64,000 nt of DNA, from positions 208,748 through 272,747 of the forward strand of contig OY970175.1 in NCBI GenBank assembly GCA_963707865.1. Direction: 5' to 3'. The stretch is from an uncultured bacterium (GTDB taxonomy: Bacteria; Patescibacteriota; Minisyncoccia; UBA6257; 2-01-FULL-56-20). Shown here piece after piece: positions 1 to 8,040 of this stretch (position 1 is the first letter of the stretch; the number at the start of each line of letters is the position of its first letter). Under the pieces are notes generated by a model that saw only the letters and a list, made by a program, of their open reading frames with translations, made no database searches and was not told the DNA's origin. A program made the translations under genes and the position numbers.

Positions 1-589
1 GGATCCCGAAGAAGTGCGGCGCTCGTTCGGCATCGTGTTCCAGGACCCAAGCTTGGATGACGAACTGACCGCGAAGGAAAACATGGAATTCCATGGGATT
101 CTGTATAATGTTCCTGCGAAATTGCGCAAAGAGCGTGTTGAGCAGCTCATGAAGTTTGTTGAGCTGTGGGATCGGCGCGATAGTTTGGTCAAGGAATTTT
201 CCGGCGGCATGAAGCGGCGGTTGGAAATCGCGCGCGGTCTTCTACACCACCCAAAAGTGATATTTTTGGACGAGCCGACGCTCGGCCTTGATCCGCAGAC
301 GCGCAACCACATGTGGAGCTATCTACAGGATTTGAACAAAAAGGAAGGTATCACGGTTTTCTTCACGACGCACTATATGGAAGAAGCGGCGCGCATCGCA
401 GAGCGTATCGCGATTATTGACCACGGTGAGATTGTCGCGACCGGAAGCGCGCAGGAGCTCATGAAGCAGACGGGAACCCCTTCGCTTGAGGATGCATTCT
501 TGAAACTGACCGGCAACGTGATCCGCGAAGAGGAATCAAGCGCGGTTGACCGCTTGCGCACCCGTGCCCGCAGATGGGGGCGTCGATAG
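1..589 (+). CDS. ABC transporter ATP-binding protein (5'-partial; begins upstream of window)
   Basis: ABC signature/Walker B region 'LSGGMKRRLEIARGLLHHPKVIFLDEPTLGLDP', H-loop 'FTTHYMEE'; reading frame open from base 1. Confidence 0.85.
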   Translation, partial: DPEEVRRSFGIVFQDPSLDDELTAKENMEFHGILYNVPAKLRKERVEQLMKFVELWDRRDSLVKEFSGGMKRRLEIARGLLHHPKVIFLDEPTLGLDPQTRNHMWSYLQDLNKKEGITVFFTTHYMEEAARIAERIAIIDHGEIVATGSAQELMKQTGTPSLEDAFLKLTGNVIREEESSAVDRLRTRARRWGRR

Positions 590-616
590 TGAACCTGGTA
601 AGAAAATTATAAAAAA

Positions 617-1363
617 ATGAAAACAATCTACATAATGTGGCTCCGCGAATTGAAGCGATATTTCCGTTCAAAGTCGCGGATGATCGGTTCGCTCGGGCAG
701 CCGATTCTTTTCCTGCTCGCGCTCGGTTACGGCCTCGGCTCCGTTTTCCAGGCCGCGGGCGAAGGGAGTTATTTCCAGTTTTTGGTGCCCGGCATCGTTG
801 GCATGAGCATCATTTTCACCGCGATTTTTTCCGGCATCCAGCTCATTTGGGACCGGCAGTTCGGATTTTTGAAAGAGACGCTTGTGGCACCCGTGTCGCG
901 GCTGAACATCATGATCGGCCGCACGCTCGGCGGCGCGACCGTCGCGACATTCCAGGGGATCATCGTTTTCTTGATCTCCATGGCGTTCGGTTTCCGCCCG
1001 GATAATTGGTGGCTGGTCCCTGTCGCAATTATCTTTATGCTTCTCGTTGCGCTGCTTTTCACCGCGCTCGGCACCGGCATTGCGTCACTCCTTGAGGACA
1101 TGCAGGGCTTCCAACTCATCATGAACTTCCTTGTCATGCCTTTGTTCTTCCTGTCGGGAGCGCTCTTCCCGCTCTCCGGCCTGCCGGCCATCCTTGCCGG
1201 CCTCACGACGATTGATCCGCTCTCTTATGGTATTGACTCCTTCCGCGCGCTCCTCGTGAATACCACTCATTTCGGTCTCGGCATTGACTTCATTGTGCTT
1301 GCCGCAGTCACGATCGTGTTCTTGGGAGTCGGGAGTTATCTGTTCTCAAAGATTGAGGTATAA
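617..1363 (+). CDS. ABC-2 family transporter permease
   Basis: Immediately downstream of the ABC ATPase; ~6 predicted TM helices; ABC-2 type permease-like hydrophobic profile. Confidence 0.75.
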   Translation: MKTIYIMWLRELKRYFRSKSRMIGSLGQPILFLLALGYGLGSVFQAAGEGSYFQFLVPGIVGMSIIFTAIFSGIQLIWDRQFGFLKETLVAPVSRLNIMIGRTLGGATVATFQGIIVFLISMAFGFRPDNWWLVPVAIIFMLLVALLFTALGTGIASLLEDMQGFQLIMNFLVMPLFFLSGALFPLSGLPAILAGLTTIDPLSYGIDSFRALLVNTTHFGLGIDFIVLAAVTIVFLGVGSYLFSKIEV

Positions 1364-1370
1364 TTGAGAG

Positions 1371-2084
1371 ATGAAAGTGGAATGGAACAAAGTGACGTGG
1401 TATTCCAAGATCATCGCGCTTATTCTTTTTGTGGCGCTTCCCTTCATTGGATTTTGTTACGGTATCCGGTACGGGATGATCCTCCAGGGATCGCGCGATA
1501 TCGCGGCGCTCACACGCGAGAACGCCGCTACGAGCGTGAATTACTACGAAAACGTCTCCGCGTGGCAGATTGGCAATAGGACGGACGCCGGATTCTCCAT
1601 TGCATATCCGATTGATTTTGATACGAACGATATTTATGCAACGACGCTGTCCACTGACTGGCGGTTTGGCGTGGACGCGTCGCAGCAGGGCGTTCTTGCA
1701 TTCACGCTTGTGATCCCACGGGCTTTTGAGCCACAGACAAACTTTGCCGATGCAAAACTCACCGTGGGATATAGCGCGAACGGCGTTGCGGTTGCGCAGT
1801 GCCTTGTGCCGGGTCCGGCATCCGGCCCTTCAAACGCAACCTCCAGTACTGTGATAAATAATATCCAGTTTACCGTGCTCCATTTCACGGATGCGGGCGC
1901 AGGCAATTATTACGAAACGACAAGTTACCGGACGGTCCAGTCAGGGAAGTGCTGGGCAGTGGAATATACCATTCATTCGTCACAGATCGCGAACTATCCG
2001 GAATCCTACGGGTTGCATTCATTTGATCGAGCGATGGTCGCGGGCGTCCTTGACCGGATCGTGGGCACTTTCGCCTTTCGGTAA
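1371..2084 (+). CDS. Membrane-anchored hypothetical protein with conserved N-terminal motif M-x-x-EWNKVTWYS followed by a TM helix
   Basis: N-terminus 'MKVEWNKVTWYSKIIALILFVALPFIGF' is paralogous to N-terminus of ORF 47075..47443(-) 'MTIEWNKVTWYSRTLTIVVFIATFFIGF'; RBS-like gagag upstream. Confidence 0.6.
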   Translation: MKVEWNKVTWYSKIIALILFVALPFIGFCYGIRYGMILQGSRDIAALTRENAATSVNYYENVSAWQIGNRTDAGFSIAYPIDFDTNDIYATTLSTDWRFGVDASQQGVLAFTLVIPRAFEPQTNFADAKLTVGYSANGVAVAQCLVPGPASGPSNATSSTVINNIQFTVLHFTDAGAGNYYETTSYRTVQSGKCWAVEYTIHSSQIANYPESYGLHSFDRAMVAGVLDRIVGTFAFR

Positions 2085-2096
2085 AACAATGCTTCT

Positions 2097-2780
2097 ATGA
2101 AAAAAATAGGGCCTGTCGCCGTAATTATAGTGTTGATACTCGTAATCGCGTTTGGGGTCGGCCAGTTTTTTGCGCTTCCGGTTCAATCTCCGGCGGTGCC
2201 CTCTTCGCCCGGGGCGAATACCTCAACGCTCGCGCTTAGAACGCAAGTAATCACCTATATGCCTGCGACGCCCGCGAGTTCAACTCCAGTACAAGAAGGT
2301 TCATGCTGGACGAGTTCCATCGCGGCGCCTTTTCGGAGGGATGCGTGGCGGTGCGCGGTGGGGAATTCCATAAGCGATCCCTGTTTCCAAATTCCCGGAG
2401 GCACGAACCTTCTTTGCGGTGCAAATCCGGCGGTCCCCGATGCCACTTCTTCATTCGTTTTGAAGCTTACGAAATCACTTCCTGCGCCGGACAATATTCA
2501 AGGTTCCGTTCCCGCGAACTGGGCGTGGCTTATAAAGCTTGCGGACGGGACAGTGTGTTCTCCCTTCACTGGTACGTTCCCCATCGCGGAGGGCGGCGTT
2601 TCTGCGAGCTACGGTTGTGCTCCGAGAATTCCTGGCGGCGAAGGAGTCCTGATTTTTAACGATTTGAACGCCAGCACGAGCAAGTGGACGGCGGAGGTGG
2701 GAACGCTCTCTACCGTTACCTCTGGCTTGCCGACCGTGGTGGGAGAAACGACGGTACCAGTGGACAAAGTATGGCAGTAA
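2097..2780 (+). CDS. Hypothetical secreted/membrane-anchored Cys-containing protein
   Basis: N-terminal TM/signal 'MKKIGPVAVIIVLILVIAFGV'; co-directional and tightly spaced with upstream genes. Confidence 0.5.
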   Translation: MKKIGPVAVIIVLILVIAFGVGQFFALPVQSPAVPSSPGANTSTLALRTQVITYMPATPASSTPVQEGSCWTSSIAAPFRRDAWRCAVGNSISDPCFQIPGGTNLLCGANPAVPDATSSFVLKLTKSLPAPDNIQGSVPANWAWLIKLADGTVCSPFTGTFPIAEGGVSASYGCAPRIPGGEGVLIFNDLNASTSKWTAEVGTLSTVTSGLPTVVGETTVPVDKVWQ

Positions 2781-2792
2781 CGCTAACACAAG

Positions 2793-2810
2793 CCCCCGCC
2801 GGAGCGGGGG
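2793..2810. terminator. GC-rich hairpin (CCCCCGC-cgga-GCGGGGG) between convergent genes
   Basis: Perfect 7-bp inverted repeat with tetraloop between stop of 2097..2780(+) and stop of giant minus-strand gene; weak U-tract. Confidence 0.35.
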
Positions 2811-2838
2811 TCTGTGTGCCGCGTTTTACGCGCGCCCG

Positions 2839-5800
2839 TTACTGTGAGCAGAGTTGATTCAGAACTGATCGGGTCGCGGAACCTACATAACCATTGCCGG
2901 AAGTGAGGCCGTTCGGTGTGAGAATCTCATCAGCAAAGATGTTCTGGAAGATGATGACCGCATTCTTCGTGGCATCACCGAAGTAGGTGCTCTCATTGCC
3001 CGGTGAGCCCGCGCCGCTCTTTGCCACTTGCGTGAGGTTGCTCATATTCAGGACCGTCTGCAGCGACTTCACGTCAGCATCGTTCGTGCCCTGGTGCAGG
3101 TTCTTGTTGAACTGGGCCGAGCAGGAAGCGTCTTTGAGCTGTTGCGTGACTAGTTTTTTCTCAAGCGCGATCAGTTGCTGCGTCAAGCTCTGGAGAAGCT
3201 GGAGGAGTGTCCCTGGATTCGTCGTTGAAGCACCCAAGACCTGGCCACCGCCATTGCCCGTTGTGATCGTCGGTGGGTAGTAGCCACCGCTGCCACCGCC
3301 ACCACCACCGGAAGTCACGATCATGCTATTGCTGCTGGAATTACCGGAGGGTGGCGTCACACTGCCAGTAGTCGTCACGGCCATTTCATCTCCCACGCTC
3401 TCCGGCGAGCCTTGCGAAACAGAGCGGAGATAGTAGGTGGTACCCGGCGTGAGACCGGAAGCCGTCACGCTGTGGTCGGTTGTCGTTGCAGTGTCTTCGC
3501 TGGTGGAGCTCGCGTAGCCGTAGTTCGGCGCGTCTCCGAGCGTCGCATGTGAGACCGTGTCGTAGATCACGCGGCTCGTCGCCGGGTGGTCGGTCGTCCA
3601 CGTAAGCGTGATGGATGTGTCAGCGGCGTTTGTAGAAGTTTCATTTGAGATTACGGGTGCAGGAGGTACGAATGTTTCCGTGATGGCGCAGCTCACCGAA
3701 CCGCCTGCTATGATGCCGCTCCCGTCGTTGCAGTTACCGCTCGTCCCTGCGGAGTAGTTCGCAAGCGACGGGGGATTCACATGGAATGGGGTGTTCGCGT
3801 CAATCGTGACCGCTGTGCCGGACGCATCACCCGCGAAGGTGGACGTCGGGCTCGGGTGGCCGGCGATCACCGTGACCATGAAGTCAGAGGAGGTCGCGCT
3901 GCCGCCCGCAGAGTTATCAACAACGAGCGAGACGTTCAGGGTGCTCGTCGGCGTTGGAGGCAGTTGTGTGTACGTTATGGTGCAGCTGTACGAACTGCTT
4001 GCAGCCACCGTGCCGCTACAATCTCCCAAGGCACCGACGGTGTAGTCGTCCACCGCCGCGCCTGCAACCAAGAACACATCACCGTCATTCAAGGTCACTG
4101 GTCCTGCATATGGAGCGGTCGTACTGTTGACTGTGACCGAAGCCCCTGCTCCGAGAGGAGTCTCCGGAACGGTCACTGTGAGGGTTGAGGTGGCAAAGGA
4201 TCCGCCGCCACCGCCACCGCCACCACCACCACCGCCACCTGACGTGCCTTGTGTGTACGTTATGGTGCAGCTGTACGAACTGCTTGCAGCCACCGTGCCG
4301 CTACAATCTCCCAAGGCACCGACGGTGTAACCGTCCACCGCCGCGCCTGCAACCAAGAACACATCACCGTCATTCAAGGTCACCGGTCCTGCATATGGAG
4401 CGGTCGTACTGTTGACTGTGACCGAAGCCCCTGCTCCGAGAGGAGTCTCCGGAACGGTCACTGTGAGGGTTGAGGTGACGATTGGGTTCTCGCTGGGTGA
4501 GATGTTCACCTCCGTGCCATCATTCGCATTTGTCTGAATAGGAACATTGTAATGACTGTCGGTCACCGAGACATCAGATCCATTCGCGATCTCGAACTGG
4601 AAGTTCTTGCCCGGAGAACCGGCCACATCTGCGAACACTTGAACACTATTAACTCCGGTGATTAACGTGGCGGGAGTTCCTGATGCATCAAAGAAAGCGG
4701 TGTTGTCTTGGGCCACTGAAGTGAGCGTCTGTCCCACCTGCGTGCCATCAACTATCAGTTTCACGTTCTGAAGATCGCCGCTACTTGCGGAGCCGACCAC
4801 GCTGAAGCGAATGCTGTTTAAGAGGACGGGGCTGTTATAGACGGAGAAGTCCCACGCGCCGACAAGGTCATTCGTAGTGTTCACATTCAATGTGTCCCCG
4901 ATGGCAGACGAGGCGATCGTCAACTCTGCAAGCGATGGGTTCTCGTATGCCGACGCGTGAACCGTCAAGATATAGCTTGAACTCGCTATATTGCTTTGCA
5001 CGTTGTTGCCATTCACCGAGACGCTGACCGTTGAGCTGCCAACGTCGCCTATTTGCGGAGTGCCGCTCACCGTTGCGGTGTCGCCGGCGGTCGTCGAGGT
5101 TGCCCATGCCGGCAAGCCCGTGATCTGCCAGGTCAAGGTATCTACTGGGTCGGTCGAGGTTGCAACGATGGTTGCACTGTACGGGGTATCTGCGGTCGCC
5201 GTGTCAGGCGTGAGACCCGAGACGATCGTGATCGTTGGCGCAGCGTTCACCGAGATTGAGAAGTCCTGAGTCGTCGGGGTACTTGCCGGGTTCGCGCCCG
5301 TTGCGACCAAGCTTACCGTCGAGGAGCCAAGATTGATTACTCCTGGCGTACCGGAGATGGTCGCCGTGTCGCCGTTCGCGACAAACGATGTGATCCATGC
5401 AGGCAGCGGCGTTGAAGTGCTCAGAGTCAGGGTATCCGCCGGATTGGTTGAGGTGGCGGTGATCGTCGTCGCGTAGAGGACGCCAACCGTCGCGTCAGGA
5501 AGCGGCGAAGTTGTGACAAACGAGATTGCCGGAGCGGTGCTCACTGTGATCGTATCGATCAGAGAACCGACACTCGCGGCGTTCGAGGTGCTCGTTGCGT
5601 TCACATTCAGAATAATCGGGTCGGTCGTGGTCGGGGTGCCTGTGACGGTGAGCGTTGTCTCTGTTGAAGTGCTCGTGAAGCCGTCAGGCAGACCGGTTAT
5701 ATCGAAGACGAAAGTGTCCGTCGCATTGCTGTCGCTTGCCGTGAAGGTTTGGCTAAACGGCACGCCTACTTGAGCCACGTCAGGCGATGAGGTCGCGATC

Positions 5801-6191
5801 GTGACTGCGGGGGCATCGCTCACCGTGAGCGGATAGGTCTGCGTTACGGTGGTTGAAGCATTCGTCTCGTTTGTCGCAGTCACCGAGACCGTTGTTGAGG
5901 TCGCGGTCGTCGGAGTGCCGGAGATCGTGAGTGTGTTACCCGCTGGGATGCTCGCTATGCCATCCGGCAAACCGCTCACCGTCCAGTCAAAGACGCCGGG
6001 GTCGGTGGAAGAGACTGTGAGGGTCGCGCCCGCGTAGGGGACACCTACCGTCGCCGTGTCAGGCACCAAACCCGTGATCGTTACATCCGCGGAGTTCACG
6101 GTGATCACATAGGTCTGTGTCGTTGAAGCGCTGAATTGGTTGGAACCAGTCACAGTTACGTCGAAGGATCCCTGTTCAGCAATTGTAGGTG
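2839..6191 (-). CDS. Giant Thr/Ser-rich cell-surface protein with Ig-like repeat modules, poly-Gly linkers and C-terminal peptidoglycan-binding (PG_binding_1-like) domain; 5' end interrupted by IS3-family insertion
   Basis: Long minus-strand ORF (track 2839..6360). C-terminus has 'DADVKSLQTVLN...YFGDATKNAVIIFQN...G..G' matching the PG_binding_1 pattern. Repetitive 'TVTGTPTT/ATSTDP' modules. The ORF-track N-terminus (6192..6360) is read-through into the IS and is not genuine. Confidence 0.7.
3283..3311. repeat. GCC/ACC trinucleotide microsatellite encoding Gly run (GGGGGGSGG) inside the surface-protein gene
   Basis: gccaccgctgccaccgccaccaccaccgg. Confidence 0.7.
3965..4478. repeat. Near-identical tandem duplication (~230 bp x2) separated by a (GCC/ACC)n poly-Gly-coding tract (4203..4240) inside the surface-protein gene
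   Basis: Segments ~3965..4193 and ~4246..4478 are almost identical at nucleotide level (e.g. 'gaccgaagcccctgctccgagaggagtctccggaacggtcactgtgagggttgaggtg' at 4136 and 4421). The protein shows module 'TVPETPLGAGASVTVNSTTAPYAGPVTLNDGDVFLVAGAAVD(G/D)YTVGALGDCSGTVAASSSYSCTITYTQ' twice, joined by GTSGGGGGGGGGGGGGS. Confidence 0.85.
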
Positions 6192-6246
6192 TGACCTGGA
6201 CCCCATATATTAGACACAAAGGTCGAAAAGCATTTACCATTGTGTC

Positions 6247-6510
6247 ATGAGCAACAAAACAGGGCATCGGGTGCCGCAAGAAGTGAAGGCGGACATCCTC
6301 CGCCGCGTGAAGGAAGAAGGCGTTTCGGTCGCCCAGGCGGCCAAGGACCACGGCCTGCACGAGTCCACCATCTACAACTGGCTGGGCACCGGAGCTGTGG
6401 GCACTCCTTCGTGGGGCGAGTTCTCACGCCTGCAGAAGCAGAACAAAGAATTGTTTGAGGTGGTGGGCGAGCTCACCGTGAAGCTCTCCCAGGCCCAAAA
6501 AAAGTATTGA
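6247..6510 (+). CDS. IS3-family transposase OrfA (HTH DNA-binding subunit)
   Basis: 'VSVAQAAKDHGLHESTIYNWL' HTH; leucine-zipper-like C-terminus; ends at the A_AAA_AAG slippery heptamer (6498..6504). Confidence 0.85.
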   Translation: MSNKTGHRVPQEVKADILRRVKEEGVSVAQAAKDHGLHESTIYNWLGTGAVGTPSWGEFSRLQKQNKELFEVVGELTVKLSQAQKKY

Positions 6511-7289
6511 GCGAGAGGAGAAACAAGTCCGCCCTGGCAAAAGCCATGGGCGTTTCGCGAGCGAGCCTCTACTACGTGGCGAAACAACACGGGAAGGACT
6601 GGGCGCTCAAGATCCGGATGGAAGAGGTGCTGCAAGAACACCCCTCGTACGGATCGCGCCGCTTGGCTATCGCCCTTGGCATGAACCGCAAACGGACAAA
6701 GCGGGTGATGCGACTGTTCGGCGTGAGACCCTACCGCAGGAGAGGCAGGAAATATCGGAAATCAAAGGCAAAACGTACGTATCCGAACCTGCTCCTCGGC
6801 GTCTGCCCCTCGTATGCGAACCATGTCTGGGCGGCGGATTTCACGGAGATGGTCCAGCACGGCAAAAAGGTGTACGTGGCGACGATCATCGATCTCTTCA
6901 CGCGGCAGACGATGGGCCTTCACGTCGGAACGCGGAAAGGCGCGGCGCTCGTGATCCATGCATTGGCGAACGCCTTGTTCCACCACCCGCGGCCCACGAT
7001 CTTCCACTCGGACAACGGGAGAGAATATGAGGCAAAAGCGTTCATCGCGCTCCTTGAGGAATGGGGCATCACGATTTCACGGTCACGGCCGGGATGCCCG
7101 TGGGAGAACGGCTACCAGGAATCGTTCTACGACAAATTCAAAGTGGATTTCGGCGATCCAAACCGGTTCAGAACCTTGGGCGAGCTCGTGGCCGCGATCT
7201 ACCGCACGGTCTGGGAATACAACCATACCCGGATCCACTCCGCGCTCAAGATGCCGCCCGCGGTGTTTGCCGAGAAAATGGCGGCATGA
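6507..7289 (+). CDS. IS3-family transposase OrfB (DDE/rve integrase catalytic domain), expressed by -1 programmed frameshift from orfA
   Basis: rve-domain motifs 'WAADFTEM...YVATIIDLFTR', 'HSDNGREY', 'PWENGYQESFY'; in -1 frame relative to orfA overlapping at A_AAA_AAG. Confidence 0.85.
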   Translation: MSERRNKSALAKAMGVSRASLYYVAKQHGKDWALKIRMEEVLQEHPSYGSRRLAIALGMNRKRTKRVMRLFGVRPYRRRGRKYRKSKAKRTYPNLLLGVCPSYANHVWAADFTEMVQHGKKVYVATIIDLFTRQTMGLHVGTRKGAALVIHALANALFHHPRPTIFHSDNGREYEAKAFIALLEEWGITISRSRPGCPWENGYQESFYDKFKVDFGDPNRFRTLGELVAAIYRTVWEYNHTRIHSALKMPPAVFAEKMAA

Positions 7290-7328
7290 GGCAACAAAAA
7301 ACGGCGCAAAAAATCGCCGAACTACTGT

Positions 7329-7640
7329 CTAAAGAAAGGGGTCCTTTACAATGGCCGTGATCTGGCCCTGGATCGTGCTGGACAGGCTGCTCTTTTCGTC
7401 CGCGCTCAGACGTACCATGTCGTTCACGCGAGTGCCGAGCGCATTGAGCGCATTGAGCCGCCGCGTGATCTCTTGGTCCGCGCGGTTTTTCGCGCGCGCG
7501 ATAAGATTGGCAAGCCTTGTCGCGGCGCTCGTTCCAATCCCGGTCCCGCTTGAAGAGGCAGTTTGCGCAAGTGCGGGAAGTGCCGCGCCTGCCGTAAGCA
7601 GCGCCGTAAGCATCATTCCTGCGATAAATTTCTTATTCAT
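7329..7640 (-). CDS. Small secreted protein with signal peptide; stop codon lies inside the IS3 right inverted repeat (possible N-terminal fragment of the IS-disrupted surface-protein gene)
   Basis: 'MNKKFIAGMMLTALLTAGAALPALAQ' Sec signal; ORF terminates at TAG 7329..7331 within the IS terminal repeat (7326..7350). Confidence 0.45.
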   Translation of the reverse strand: MNKKFIAGMMLTALLTAGAALPALAQTASSSGTGIGTSAATRLANLIARAKNRADQEITRRLNALNALGTRVNDMVRLSADEKSSLSSTIQGQITAIVKDPFL

Positions 7641-7646
7641 GTTAGT

Positions 7647-7943
7647 TTAGAGCGATTGCTGGCTGACCGGCTGATCGTTCAATCCCTGGGCAATGTTTGC
7701 GGAGTCGGAAGCAAGGCCGTTCAATTCACCGTCTATTTGCGCGAGATCTTGGTTCAGATCGGCATTGGAATTGCCGCTCGTAAGCACGGGACCGCTCGTT
7801 GTCGTCGGTGCCGTTGGTTGCGGCGCGGAGGGAGCATATGCCGTGGAAGGGCTGCTGCTTTGGCTTCCCATCCACCACCAAACGCCGCCCACGATGAGAA
7901 CGAGAACTACCACGATAATGATAATCTTTGCTGTGTTTGACAT
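7647..7943 (-). CDS. Small membrane protein (single TM, Pro/Ser/Thr-rich extracellular tail)
   Basis: 'MSNTAKIIIIVVVLVLIVGGVWWWM' TM then low-complexity region; start chosen at internal Met (ORF track gives 7647..8021). Confidence 0.45.
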   Translation of the reverse strand: MSNTAKIIIIVVVLVLIVGGVWWWMGSQSSSPSTAYAPSAPQPTAPTTTSGPVLTSGNSNADLNQDLAQIDGELNGLASDSANIAQGLNDQPVSQQSL

Positions 7944-8040
7944 TGTTATTGACCTCTTGTCCGATTGTTTATCGACCTTTGCGCACTCCTCTATTATATA
8001 TACGTTTTTCTTTGAGGTCATGTTGCGTTATAATCACAGC

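Larger units (their letters stand above)
6192..7350 (+). mobile_element. IS3-family insertion sequence (orfA + orfB, imperfect ~25-bp terminal inverted repeats TGACCTGGACCCC.../...GGGGTCCTTTACA)
   Basis: Left end 'TGACCTGGACCCCATATATTAGACA' and reverse complement of the right end 'TGTAAAGGACCCCTTTCTTTAGACA' match at ~17/25 positions and have TG...CA termini. The element encloses two transposase ORFs with a frameshift window. Confidence 0.8.

Noticed and set aside
3965-4478. Regular repeats in the surface-protein gene as a possible CRISPR array
   Set aside because: The repeat unit is ~230 bp of coding sequence with a microsatellite linker. No short repeat-spacer periodicity and no cas genes; not CRISPR. 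No CRISPR array was seen anywhere in the window.
6192-6360. ORF-track N-terminus of the giant surface protein (start at 6360)
   Set aside because: These codons overlap the IS3 left end and orfA start on the opposite strand. They are read-through into the insertion sequence, not the native N-terminus.
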